Source: Azolla caroliniana (lineage: Eukaryota; Plantae; Polypodiophyta). Taken from it: a stretch of DNA of 64,000 nucleotides. The stretch is from positions 17,918,001 through 17,982,000 of the forward strand of contig JBHGNT010000015.1 of the NCBI GenBank assembly GCA_043228905.1. Direction: 5' to 3'. The notes under the pieces are model-generated. The model was given only the letters and a program-made list of their open reading frames with translations, was not told the origin of the DNA and did not search any database. Each line of letters opens with the position of its first letter. Within the stretch, counting starts at the first letter, position 1. Positions 25,254-37,969 of the stretch are shown here, one piece after another. A program made the translations under genes and the position numbers.

Positions 25254-25723
25254 ACGTCGGGTTCACCCCTTAATTATGTGACCATGAAAATCCGTCACTA
25301 TGTGCGGATCGTGAGGCGGAACCACCGGGGTCCTGGACCGGAAGGATTTGAAGTTTGCACTAGTTTAGCGAGAAAGTATTTAAGATAGATTGAAAGAGAG
25401 AGAGATTGAGATAAGATAGAACGCTTGACTTTAGATTGAGAGAGATTAAGATTGAATTGCTCATGCACAAAGTGATAATGCATTTTGTTGAGTGGCAAGC
25501 TCAACCGGATCTGCATCGGCTGAATAAGCCTGAGTCGGATCGGCATCCGGAAGGATGAGTCGGATCGGTGAGCCGGTGAGCTAGGGAGCCGGTTAGCCAG
25601 ATCTAGCAGTAACTGGAAGCCTAGTAACAACCTAGACTACTAGGTAGTTAATGTCTCGTAGTTAGTGTCAGACGCTCGTGTGAGTATTGAAGTACACCGT
25701 ACTTCTGTCAGTCCTCTTAGGAC

Positions 25724-26293
25724 CATAGTTCCTAATATTTGCATACGTCCAATTTACTGGACGTACGCAAACATTTGCAAACGTACGCGTATGATATGCA
25801 ATATTCGTTTGACTTTTTTTTTTCCTTTATAAATTTTTTTATATTTATAATTCTTTGTGAATAGAATAGAAGTGACGTTTGACACACACACTCTCTCTCT
25901 CACACACACACGAGAACTGACAGATCTTCTCTCTTTACAAAATCTAGATATCTAATATACATATTACACACTCCCTCACACAGACAAAACCCATAGCTCC
26001 TCTCTCTCTCTCTCTCTCTCTAGAGTCTAGATATACACTCAACCACTGTCTCCTCACACATGCAAAACAAGGCTTCTCTCTCTAGACCACACACACTCTC
26101 TCTTTGTCTCTCTTTCTCTTTGTCTCTCTCCCTCACACACACACACACACACACACACACTATTTTCACCATATGTATATATCTGTGTACTGTGTATGGA
26201 TTTCAATCATACTTGGAGCCTTTTCACGTATGAGTATGATATGAATATTGGCGTTTGAGTATGACACAAATGGGACGTATGGCTAGAACTATG
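25724..26293. mobile_element. hAT-type non-autonomous DNA transposon (MITE), 570 bp
   Basis: 8-bp TSD CTTAGGAC (25716-25723 and 26294-26301). TIR CATAGTTC/GAACTATG. Subterminal CATACGTCC/GGACGTA motifs. Absent from the 3' LTR of D. Confidence 0.9.
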
Positions 26294-26417
26294 CTTAGGA
26301 CTTGTATAAATAGTGTTGTTGAGCACGTTGTATGTACAGAGAATTTTACAGAGTTGTTGATAATAGATTTAAGTTGTTCTGCTCTTTCTTTGTCTCTCCT
26401 ACGTACCTTCTGTGTGT

Positions 26418-26460
<43 letters not shown>

Positions 26461-28022
26461 GTTATCCGTCTAAGTTGGTTGTCTAACACTTCCACACCTT
26501 CGTTTTTTCATGGTATCAAAGCACGAGGGTTGAGAACCTTTGCAGCCAACATCAACGTCTGGAGACAAACCCGAAGACCCGGTAAGAACAGAAAGAGAAG
26601 TGATGGACAGAGGAATGGCTAGCTCGCTCTCAGTGGAGAAGCTCGACAGATCCAACTACGCATCTTGGTCATACAAGATGCACCAGTACCTACTTGGGCA
26701 TGGTTACTAGAGCTATGTCAACGGAGCTAACGACACAACACTTGATGTGGCACACAAGGACTTCCCAGTGTGGGAACAAGTGGCAAGCAAAGTGATGTAC
26801 TGCTTTGCGTCCAGTGTCGGAGACTAGCTGTTGAGCCATGTCCGAGATGCCAAGACGCCAAAAGAAGCTTGGGGAAACCTGAAGAAGGTTTTCGCGGCAA
26901 GCATTATGGCTCGGAAGCTACAACTCCGACAGGAGTTGAGCAATGTCCGACAGAAGGACATGTCGATAGCGGATTACACGATCCGAATCAAAGAGATCTG
27001 TGACTCACTTGCCTCTACCAATGTCACTATAGAGGAAGATGAGATGGTGCAGATCTATCTTGGGGGCCTAGCGTCTAAGTTCAGAGCGTTTTGAACGGCG
27101 GTATGTACAAGGGAGAATACGCCGTCATTTTTCGACTTACAGTCGATGCTCCTTGTAGAAGAGAACCACGCCGGTGCGTCAACAAGTGCACCCACCGATA
27201 GTCGAATGCTGTATACGGAGGCGGATTGGCCCTGTGAGCGTGGTGGACGAGGCGGGTCGGCTCACAATGGTAGCGGCTGGCAAGAGTAGGAACGAAGGTA
27301 CAGAGAACATGTCGACAACAATTCCGGCCCTCCACAAGCAGGGGGAGTCAAGGCGGGGCCGGAGGCCGGCAAGCAAAGGTCGACACGGAATGCTGGTACT
27401 GTGGTAAAAAGGGCCACAGAGAAAGTGAGTGCTGGAAGAAGCGCACCGATTCGGACAGATGCGAATACGGCAAGGCCGGCAGAGAGAACCGGCAATACTC
27501 GCACTACGCAGAAGGATCGGGAGGATCCAAAACCGGAAAAGCTAGTAAAGGGCCAGCCTTGGTGATGAAACACGAGGCTAACTCGATGAAGAAGACCACT
27601 TCCAAATCGGAGGAAGTGTGGTACGTTGATTCCGGTGCGTTGAATCACATTTCGAGCCACAGAGAGTGGTTCTCTTTCTTGGAGAAACCGGAACAACTGG
27701 GAGTCGTCGAAACCGGAGACGATACTCCTCACCCAATCGTGCATGTTAGAGAAGTCCCTTTGGGCCACTTTGAACAGAGAGGGAAGCTGATGAACGTATT
27801 ACACATTCCGACTATCACGAAGAACCTGGTGTCAGTCGGTCAGATCGTTGGCCAAGGGATGCAGGTGCGGTTTACGCACCTTGGGTGCTTCATCGAGGAA
27901 GAGGGCCAGATTATTGCGTAAGGGCGGAGAGATGGGAGGATGTTCATCCTCGACACCAATGACGTCGGCACCGCTTTGTTCGCCAAAGGACAGAATATTG
28001 AATCGGATATTGATCTCTAGCA

Positions 28023-31000
28023 TGTTGGGATTACGATCCCTTCGGATGGGATGGTCGGATGTCGGAGATGAATGCCGACGAGCCCGGTTTCGGTTTCGGA
28101 ACCGGATGATGAAGACCCCGGCTTCGGAGCCGGATGACGAATGTACCCGGAGAGAGATCCGGATGCAGCGACATATCCGTGAATACGTTTGCTAAGGGCC
28201 CCTGAGGCTATAGTTGTAAATAGCCCCAAAGTCATATATGTATAAATATGACTTAGGGCAAACAGTTTTATTGCTGCTGATCATTTTTCTGTTTTTCCAC
28301 TCAAGAGGAGTGAAGAGGGAGCAGCCGTGAGAGAGAGAGAGAGAGAAAGAGCGTGAGAGAGGAAGAGGACGACGCCTCTTTGTATTTCCACCTCCTGTGG
28401 CGAGGACAGCGAGCTCAAGGTCGTCGCCTTGCAGCTCGCCATTGTATACTTCTCTGTATAGTGTTGGTTTGGAGTCTGGTACTCCCGTGGTTTTTCCCGT
28501 CTAGGGTTTTCCACGTTAATCCCTGTGTGTTCGCGTTTTGTTTCTCTTTGTGGTTCCTATTTTCTGCTCCATTGATTCGCGCTTACTCGGTTGTGGCCGA
28601 GTGGTGAAGGTGAATCGAAGCGTCGATTCCCAACAAACTGGTATCAGAGCGAACTGCTGCAGAAAATGGAAGGCGGCGGCAGCGGGCAGCCGGGGATGAT
28701 GGTGCTGAATGCGCAGAATTACGCTGACTGGAAGATCAAGATGGAGGATCTTCTGATTGTTCGGGACCTGTACGAACCGATTGACAGGTCGGAAATACCG
28801 AAGGGGGTACTTGAGTCGGAATGGAGGCTTCTGAACTGGAAAGCCGTTGCAACCATTCGGCAATACGTCGACGTGAGCGTTCTACAACATGTGGCGAACG
28901 ACACCAACGCATATGAGATGTGGCGGAAGCTGTCGGGCCTCTATGAGAGGAAGAATGCGTTGAACCGGACCTCCCTGATGAGGAAGATAGTGAATCTCAA
29001 GTACCGGGACGGCGAGAGTATGGTGGAACACGTAAGCACGTTCATGGGATTCGTGAATCAGCTTGCGGCGATCAAGTTCCCGTTGGAGGATGCAATGCAA
29101 GCCATCATCCTGATGTGTACATTGCCGGAAAGCTGGGAGAACTTGGTGGTGACTCTCAGCACCTCCTGCACAGAAGATAACATGTCCTTACAAACGGTAA
29201 AGACAAGTATTTTGAACGAAGAAGCGCCTCGGAGAGATAAAGAACCGGCCTCCGACCCGAAGGCGCTGCTTACCGAATCGGATCGGGGAAGACAATGGAA
29301 CCGGAGTCCGCAAAGACGGGAGAAGTCGGGGACTCGGTCGCAGTCAAGAGGAAGGCCCACATGCTTCCACTGTGGGAAGCCGGGGCACTTCCGAAAGAAT
29401 TGTCGGCATTACCGAAAAGACAACGGAGCTGACGACACCGATTCGAAGAAGTCACCGGAGAGAAACGGTGCATACCGGGGAGCCACGGACCGGAGAGGTT
29501 CGGATCGGCGAGGGCAGGACCGGAAAGGAACAACGGCACTCGCGGCAAGTGAGGAAGAAATCATGCTCATCACCGAAGAAGGTGAACTAAACATTGCCGG
29601 CGATGAGACGACCTGGGTGGTCGATTCCGGAGCATCGTTCCACCTGACCCCGGAGAGAAGATACTTCTCATCCTACACAGCCGGTGAGCATGGCTGTGTT
29701 CGGATGGGAAATGAAGGTACATGCCGGATTGCCGGCATAGGAGACGTGTGGTTGACAACCCCGACCGGATGCAAAATGCTGCTGAAGGATGTCCGACACG
29801 TTCCGAAGGTTCGATTGAACCTGATTTCGGCCGGGAGGCTAGACGATGAAGGCTACACAGGTAGCATCCGGAACGGCGTAATGAAGTTCAGCAAGGGGAG
29901 CCTGATAGTGGCTCGGGCCCGGAAAGACAACACACTGTACCTGATGAATGCCCGGTTATGTCCGGAAGAGCTGAACGTGGCAGCCGACACTGCCGGTGAG
30001 CTGTGGCACAAGAGACTGTGTCACATGAGTGAGAAGGGGATGAAGAGGCTTGCAGAAGACAACCTTATTCCAGTGAAGCATGTGCACCTGGAGAAGTGCA
30101 CCGATTGCCTGGCCGGTAAGCAGAACCGAACCTCCTTCCACTCAAGGCCACCGACGAGACGTAGCGCACCATTGGAGTTGGTGCACACTGATGTGTGTCA
30201 GGTAGAAACGAAGTCACATGGCGGAGCCCAGTACTTCGTAACATTCATTGATGATCACAGCCGGAAGCTGTGGACGGCACCGCTGAAGACAAAGGACCAA
30301 GTGTTGTGCGTCTTCAAAGAACTCCACGCGAGAGTGGAAAGGGAATCCGGCAAGAAGCTGAAAGCGATACGAGCGGATAACGGAGGGGAATACCGGGGGC
30401 AGTTCCAGGAGTACTGTCGCTCGAAGGGAATCCGGCTCGAGTTTACTGTGCCGAAGACGCCGGAACTAAACGGGCTGGCCGAGAGGATGAACCGGACCAT
30501 AATGGAGAGGGTCCGGAGTATGCTGGCGCATGCGAAATTACCCAAGGGGTTTTGGGCTGAGGCAATGTCGACGACGACATACGTGATAAACAGATCACCC
30601 TCAGTACCTTTGGACGGAGACACGCCGCAGAAAGTGTGGACCGGTAAGGAAGTGTCCTACCGGCATCTGAAGGTGTTCGGGTGTCTCGCATACGTGCATG
30701 TGGCAAAGGACCGGAGAGGAAAGCTAGATCCAAAGACCCGGCCATGCATATTCCTCGGTTACAGCGACGACGAGTTCGGCTACCGAGTATGGGACCCGGT
30801 CGACAAGAAGATATTCAGGAGTCGAGACATCATCTTCATGGAGGACAAGACACTCGCCGACTGGGAGTCGGAGAAGAAGATGAAGAGCTCCAAGTCGACC
30901 GGTGAGGATCAACTCTACGAGGAGCAGTCCCGACCGGCAAGGGACCGGTTAGCACTCGAGGATCCGGCCGAAGACGGTGAAGAAACAGAACCGGCCGAAG

Positions 31001-33362
31001 ATGATGAAAATGATACCGGAACCGGCCCCGATCCCGAAATGGATTCGGATGAAGAAGAATCGGAAGAACCGGTTACCGAAGCTCCGGAACAGAGATATCC
31101 TCTAAGAGAGAGAAGGGCCCCCCGGAGATTTCCGGAACCAGAGCACGTGCTGCTAACCGACGAGGGGGAGCCGGAGAGCTTTGAAGAAGCAAAGCACGAC
31201 ACCCAGAGCCGCAGGTGGTTGAGTGCCATGCAGGACGAGATGGATTCCCTGCATGAGAACCACACATATGAACTTGTGGAGTTGCTGAAAGGAAAGCGGG
31301 CACTTCGAAACAAGTGGGTGTTCAAGCTGAAACCGGGAGATGCCGGAAACCCCCCGAGATACAAAGCCAGGATCGTGGTGAAGGGGTTTCAGCAGAAGAA
31401 GGGCGTCGACTTCGACGAAATATTTGCCCCGGTAGTGAAGATGACCTCCATCCGGACGGTGCTGAGCATAGCGGCAAGCATGGACCTCGAGGTAGAACAG
31501 ATGGACGTGAAGACGACATTCCTTCACGGCGACCTCGATGAAGAGATCTACATGCAGCAACCGGAAGGATTCGAGAAGAAAGGGAAGGAGCACCTTGTGT
31601 GCCGGTTGAAGAAGAGCCTTTACGGACTGAAGCAGGCTCCCCGGCAATGGTACCGGAAGTTCGACTCCTTCATGACCGACGAAGGGTACCTCAAAACGCA
31701 GTCCGACCACTGCGTGTTTGTGAAGAAGTTCGAAGGAGGAGACTTTCTAATACTCCTCCTGTACGTGGACGACATGTTGATCGTCGGACGGGACCAGGTC
31801 AAGATACGGATGCTGAAGAAGGCTCTTCACCGAACCTTCTCAATGAAGGACTTGGGTCCGGTGAGGCAAATACTAGGGATGCACATCATCCGGGACCGGA
31901 AGAAGAAGCAGTTGTGGTTGTCACAGGAGAAGTACGTGACGAAGGTGCTTCACCGGTTCAACATGTCGGAAGCAAGACCGGTCGGATCGACCCTCCCGGC
32001 AAACTGCAAGCTGTCCAGCAAGCAAAGCCCCAAGACAAAGGCTGAGAAGGAGGACATGATGAAAGTACCATATGCCTCTGCCGTCGGGAGCTTGATGTAC
32101 GCGATGGTGTGTACCCGACCGGACATAGGATATGCAGTCGGAGTGGTGAGCCGGTACATGAGCAATCCCGGCAAAGACCATTGGAACGCGGCCAAGTGGA
32201 TACTCCGATACCTGAAAGGCACGGCAAACGTGTGCCTCTGATTCGGCTCCGGTAAGCCCGAACTCGACGGCTTCACCGATTCGGATATGTCGGCTGATGT
32301 AGATACCAGCCGGTCCACATCAGGGTATGTGATGACGTATGCAGGGGGAGCTGTTTCATGGCAGTCGAGGCTGCAGAAGACGGTTGCGCTGTCAACCACG
32401 GAGGCGGAGTACATGGCGGCTGTTGAAGCCGGCAAGGAAATAATATGGATGAATGACTTCATTAGAGAGCTCGGTATCCGGCAGGAGGAGTACCGACTCT
32501 ACTGCGACAGTCAGAGTGCAATCCACCTTGCGAAGAACGCGGCCTATCACTCCCGGACGAAGCACATCCAGCGAAGATATCACTGGATCCGGGAAAGGAT
32601 AGAAGACAAGGAGTTCGTGCTGACAAAGATCCACACGGACGAGAACGGGTCGGATATGCTGACCAAGGTCCTCACACCCGACAAGCTGGAAGCATGCCGG
32701 AAGAGGATCGGATTGGAAAGACATCCCATGCCGAAGTGAAGGGGGAGTTTGTTGGGATTACGATCCCTTCGGATGGGATGGTCGGATGTCGGAGATGAAT
32801 GCCGACGAGCCCGGTTTCGGTTTCGGAACCGGATGATGAAGACCCCGGCTTCGGAGCCGGATGACGAATGTACCCGGAGAGAGATCCGGATGCAGCGACA
32901 TATCCGTGAATACGTTTGCTAAGGGCCCCTGAGGCTATAGTTGTAAATAGCCCCAAAGTCATATATGTATAAATATGACTTAGGGTAAAGAGTTTTATTG
33001 CTGCTGATCATTTTTCTGTTTTTCCACTCAAGAGGAGTGAAGAGGGAGCAGCCGTGAGAGAGAGAGAGAGAGAAAGAGCGTGAGAGAGGAAGAGGACGAC
33101 GCCTCTTTGTATTTCCGCCTCCTGTGGCGAGGACAACGAGCTCAAGGTCGTCGCCTTGCAGCTCGCCATTGTATACTTCTCTGTATAGTGTTGGTTTGGA
33201 GTCTTGTACTCCCGTGGTTTTTCCCGTCTAGGGTTTTCCACGTTAATCCCTGTGTGTTTGCGTTTTGTTTCTCTTTGTGGTTCCTATTTTCTGCTCCATT
33301 GATTCGCGCTTACTCGGTTGTGGCCGAGTGGTGAAGGTGAATCGAAGCGTCGATTCCCAACA
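28023..33362 (+). mobile_element. Full-length Tnt1-like Ty1/copia element G
   Basis: 613-bp LTRs at 28023-28635 and 32750-33362 (TGTTGGG...CCCAACA, about 6 differences by eye). TSD TAGCA. PBS-Met at 28639-28650. Confidence 0.97.
28666..32739 (+). pseudogene. gag-pol: G gag-pol polyprotein with a single premature TGA (32239-32241, CGA in F and K)
   Basis: Nearly identical to F and K. All copia domains present in the order gag-PR-IN-RT-RH. Confidence 0.95.
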
Positions 33363-36300
33363 TAGCACAAGCGGATCGGCCACATCAATTACCAGAGGCT
33401 TCAAGACCTGCAAACGAAACAAGTTGTTTTCGGTTTGCCGAAGTTCAGTGGTTGAAAGGTTCAAATATGTGAAGCGTGCCAACTCGGGAAGCAACACCGG
33501 CTTCCATTCCCCACCGAATGAAACCGTAGCTATAACAAGGTCAACCTTATTCATTAATATGTATAGGGACAGACACAGAATGTTAGTCTTGGCGGGAGTC
33601 GATACTTCGTCTCCTTCATTGACGACTACATCCGACACACATGGATCTACCTCATTGAGTGGAAGAGCGAAGTCTTCGAGTGTTTCCGGAACCTGCAAAG
33701 CCTGGTTGAACGGGAAATGGAGAGGAAGATCAAGTGCCTGCGATCAGATGGCGGAAAAGAATATTTTTTGGTCAATTCAACAGTTATCTACAACAGAACG
33801 GAATTCGGAGAGAATTCAGCTGCAGGTACACACCGGAGCAAAACAGTGTGGCCGAAAGGAAGAACCAGTCGATTATCGACGCGGTAAGGGCAATGCAGGA
33901 GTAGAAGAGCATGCCCCATTTCTACTGGGCTAAGGCAGTCTGGACGGCCATCTATATCCAAAACCGGATCAGTGACACGGTGTCCGCGCATGAGCTGTAC
34001 TTCGGGTGCAAGCCGAATTTGAGAGACCTTCGGATATTCGATAGCATTGCATATGTGTATGTGCCGGATAAGAAGCGGAGGAAGTTGGATGCAAAGTCAG
34101 AGAAATGCATCGTGGTCAGTTACTCACATGAGCAAAAGGGGTATAAGTGTTATAACCCCCGGACAAAGCAGGTCCGAGTTAGCCGGGATGTTGAGTTTGA
34201 TGAGACGGCATCATGGTATGCCTTATCGGCTCCGACTTCCGACCCCGACCCGATACCGAAGGATGAGACTAGTGAACCTGAACCGGTCCAGTTAGAAGAC
34301 AAAGGGTTTGAGACTCTAGATGTGAGTCCGGAATCGTTTCGGTTGAGCAGGCCGAACGAGCGATTGGGTCAGACAGACCAGTTGAAAGATGAACCGGTGA
34401 GTAGTGGAGACTCTGCTGTGCTCCCCCTGTGCAAGGAACCGAGGAGACGGTTCACGGGCAAGGAAAAGGGGAAGAGGAAGATGTCGGAGCACAAGACCAA
34501 CAATGGTGTGTCGGATCAAAGCGGATCCAACTCCAAAAAAGAAGAAGGTGGATCTTCGGCAACGAAGACCGAACCGGCCAAGAAGGGCCTCAAACCGGGT
34601 AATGATAAGTTACGCCGGTCTTCCCACCAGAAGAACCCCATGAAGCGGTACGGGTACAATGAGTACATGGTGCATCACTATGCGTACATAACCAAGGTGG
34701 CGGAAGTGTGTGAGCCGGAGAGTGATGCAGAAGCGGAAAAGGAGGCAAATTGGCGTGCCGCTATGGAGGAAGAAATGTGGGCACTTGATGCCAACGACAC
34801 ATGGGACCTAGTTAACCCTCCCCGACATTGTAAACCGATCGGATGTAAGTGGGTGTACAAGGTAAAGTACAATACTGATGGTTCGGTTAACCGGTACAAG
34901 GCCCGGTTAGTGGCGAAGGGATACGCGCAAACCCACGGAATCGACTACGACGAGACCTTCGCTCCGGTTGCGAAGATGACGATGGTTCGTGTGGTGCTAG
35001 TGGTTGATGCGGCAAGGGGGTGGCATCTTCACCAGATGGATGTGAAGAATGCATTTCTTCAAGGCGATCTTGAAGAAGAGGTCTTTATGACCCAACCCCC
35101 TGGTTTCCAAACGGAGATGAACAAGTCGGCGGTATGCCTACTGAAGAAGTCACTTTATGGCATGAAGCAAGCCCCCTGAGCTTGGAATGCGAAGATCACG
35201 CACCGGTTGTGTAAGATGGGGTTTGCGGCCTCCAAGTCCGACTCTTCGTTGTTCATCGGGCAAGGTCCAGATGATCCGGTTTGCATCTTGTTGTATGTTG
35301 ATGATCTAGTCATCACCGAACCCGGACTCAATGAAATCAACCGAGTCAAGTCTGAGCTATCAGACGCATTTGAGATGAAGGACCTGGGGGACCTTCACTA
35401 TTTCCTTGGGATCGAGGTGATCCGAACGCCCAACGGCATATTGCTCTCACAAAGACACTATGTGTTGAATATGTTGTACAAGTTCAACATGACGGAATGC
35501 CGACTGATCTCCACACCCCTGGACCGGAACCAGAAGCTCTATCTCGACTCCGGACCGACCTGCGATGAGAAGTGGTTCCGACAAATCGTCAGAAGATTTA
35601 TATATTTGACAATAACCCGACCCGACATCAGTTATCCGGTCGGCATGATCAGCCAATATATGCAAAAGCCGACCGTGGAGCATCTTCTGTGTGCGCATCG
35701 AATTTTGCGATATGTGAGAGGCACGAAGGAATGGGGACTGTTATACCGGCATGGTATAACCGAAGAGCTAGTCGGCTACACCGATGCCGACTGGGCCGGC
35801 GATGCATCGGATCGCGATCCACCTCCGGCTATATGTTTTCCTTTGGTAGCGCGGTTGTTGCGTGAAGCAGCAAAAAGCAGCCAACAGTGGCCCTTTCGAG
35901 CACTGAGGTTGAATACCAGGGCGCTACTGTTGCCACCTGTGAAGCCATTTGGCTTCGGCAACTGCTACAAGACTTGCGGATCAAGGTGCCGACCCCGATC
36001 CTGATCTACTGCGACAACATAAGCAACATGTAGCTCACTAAGAACCCCGTATTCCATGCTCGCACAAAGCACATAGAAGTGCAATACCACTTCGTGTGTG
36101 AGGGTGTCCTGAGCGGTGAAGTCGAACTTCGGTATGTTCATACAGATCAGCAAGTTGCCGATATCTTCACCAAACCGCTCGGATCGGACAAGTTGCAACA
36201 CTTCACCGAAATGCGTGGTGTTCAACATCTCGACATGCCACACTTGAGGGGGAGAACAGGCAAAGACACCAGAACGGGGAAAGGCAAAGAAACTGTCGAT

Positions 36301-36407
36301 TGTGCTGGTGAGGGAAGAACCGACAAAGGGAGAGACAAGAAGAAGAAAGGAGCCGAGTCGACAAAGGAAGTTGACACATCCGAACAAGTTGGAACAAGTG
36401 GCAGCGG

Positions 36408-37115
36408 TGTCGTGAAGATTTCCGGCTACAGTGAAAAAAACGGGAGGGACAAATAAAATGGGGTTGTGCAACGTTGCACATGCACTTGTAAATTTGTAAA
36501 TTTGTGTAAGAAGAATAAGTAAAAAAAATGTAATGGGAAGGGTAATAATCTAAGGTGCTAAAGGTGCACCACGAAGTTCGTAGAGGCATAAATGTGACGT
36601 GCACTTTGTAGAGTACGAGGTGAGTAATGGGCATAGTAGTATGTGTGAGGAGTGGGAGCTAAGGCCCCATCAATCCCTCCTCCTAGAATCTAAGCAAATA
36701 TCCCCATTGAATAAAGGGGATATTTAGTCTCTCCTTTTCTTGTAACGACTTTCTCTCCTTATGTTATAAAAGGAGAGGAAGGGGCACCATTGAAGGGGTT
36801 GGCTATTTTGAGTGAGAAGAGGTATACCACTTAGGTTGAGGCTTTCTATTTGGTTTAGGGGTTCTTCATCTCTTTCTTTACTTATCGGATTACATTCTAC
36901 TTATGTTTTGAGTCCGGCCCACGCGGTCGCGGTTGTAATCGCATTGCGGCTTTCACGCCCATAATATACATAACTTCATAAATCTTGTCTCTTTCTTATT
37001 TCTCTATCGTGTTAATCTCTTCCACTTTGCTCATACCCGTCTTCCCATCTACTCCCTAGTCCGAGGCCCCCGTGGTCCCGCCTTATTCTACACGCACGCG
37101 CGGAAATACGCGACA
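36408..37115 (+). mobile_element. Solo LTR of the Trp-primed gypsy lineage (708 bp)
   Basis: TGTCGTGAAG...CGCGACA. Flanks GCGG/ACGG. U5 motif CCCCGTGGTCCCGCC shared with C and J LTRs. Confidence 0.88.
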
Positions 37116-37750
37116 ACGGCGGGAGAGTCAAGAAGGACAGAGCCGACTGGAAGAAGAAGGCTAAGACCCAGACATGGTCTGATGTGGTGAAGGGCCTGGA
37201 ACCGGAAGACGAATCAGGAGCAACCGATTCGGACAAGAGCTAGAACGAATCGGAGACAGCCGATTCGGTTCAACAGACGGATTTGGAGACAGCCAATCCG
37301 ACCTCAAGTTGAGCTTGAGGGGGAGTGTTGAGCGGCAAGCTCAACCGGATGCGGATCGGCTGAATAAGCCTGAGCCGGATTGACATCCAGAAGGATGAGC
37401 CAGATTGGTGAGCCGGTGAGCTGGGGAGCCGGTTAGCCGGATCCAGCAGTAACCGGAAGCCTAGTAGTAGCCTAGACTACTAGGTAGTTAATGTCTCGTA
37501 GTTAGTGTCAGACGCTCATGTGAGCATTGAAGTACACCGTACTTCTGTCAGTCCTCTTAGGACTTGTATAAATAGTGTTGTTGAGCACATTGTATGTACA
37601 GAGAATTTTACAGAGTTGTTGATAATAGATTTAAGTTGTTCTGTTCTTTCTCTGTCTCTCCTGCGTACCTTCTGTGTGCTAATCTCTCTCTCTCTTTGTT
37701 GCTATCCAGCTAAGATGGTTGTCTAACGCTTCCACACCTTCGTTTTTTCA

Positions 37751-37945
37751 CATTTGTATGTGCTTGGTGCGAGCATGGGAGATGGGGTTCTTCGCCAGCT
37801 ACATACTGTTGATGTTGTCATAGTAGATTGGGATCATATCGGCAATCTCCACCTATAGATCCCACAACAGTCGTTTGAGCCATATGGCTTCGCATGTTGC
37901 TACAACTGCTACTATATTCGGCCTCAGTGCTCGACAATTGCTATT
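37751..37945 (-). pseudogene. Copia E RNase H fragment, continuing at 25458-25485 across the D insertion
   Basis: The minus strand reads STEAEY..ATCEAIWLKRLL...LAKNPISHARTKHIQ, then MHYHFVHEQ on the other side of D. Confidence 0.85.
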
Positions 37946-37969
37946 AGTGTCTGATTCAGACCGTCACGT

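Larger units (their letters stand above)
9403..25457 (-). mobile_element. Ty3/gypsy element B (tRNA-Trp-primed non-chromovirus lineage), degenerate, with several nested insertions
   Basis: Matching LTR pieces at 9403-about 9825 and about 25279-25457. PBS remnant at 25254-25267. Gag, protease, RT and integrase ORFs on the minus strand at 9920-14877. Confidence 0.8.
26603..37331 (+). pseudogene. gag-pol: D gag-pol, with many stops and frameshifts, split by G and a solo LTR
   Basis: EKLDRSNYASW gag start, CWYCGKKGH...C knuckle, WYVDSGA protease, [14 protein letters not shown] and YTDADWAGD. Confidence 0.9.
25486..37750 (+). mobile_element. Ty1/copia element D (A family), degenerate, inserted in the RNase H of E; carries a MITE, copia G and a solo LTR
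   Basis: LTRs at 25486-26510 (with MITE) and 37326-37750. TSD CATTT. PBS TGGTATCAAAGC at 26511-26522. PPT at 37316-37325. Confidence 0.94.

Noticed and set aside
25254-25267. Possible 3' end of a tRNA-Trp gene
   Set aside because: No 5' tRNA half is present, and the sequence sits next to B's 5' LTR, so it is a PBS.
28591-28665. N-terminal extensions of the F/G/K polyprotein ORFs in the ORF track
   Set aside because: They start at non-ATG codons within the LTR/PBS. The shared ATG (MEGGG) follows the PBS.
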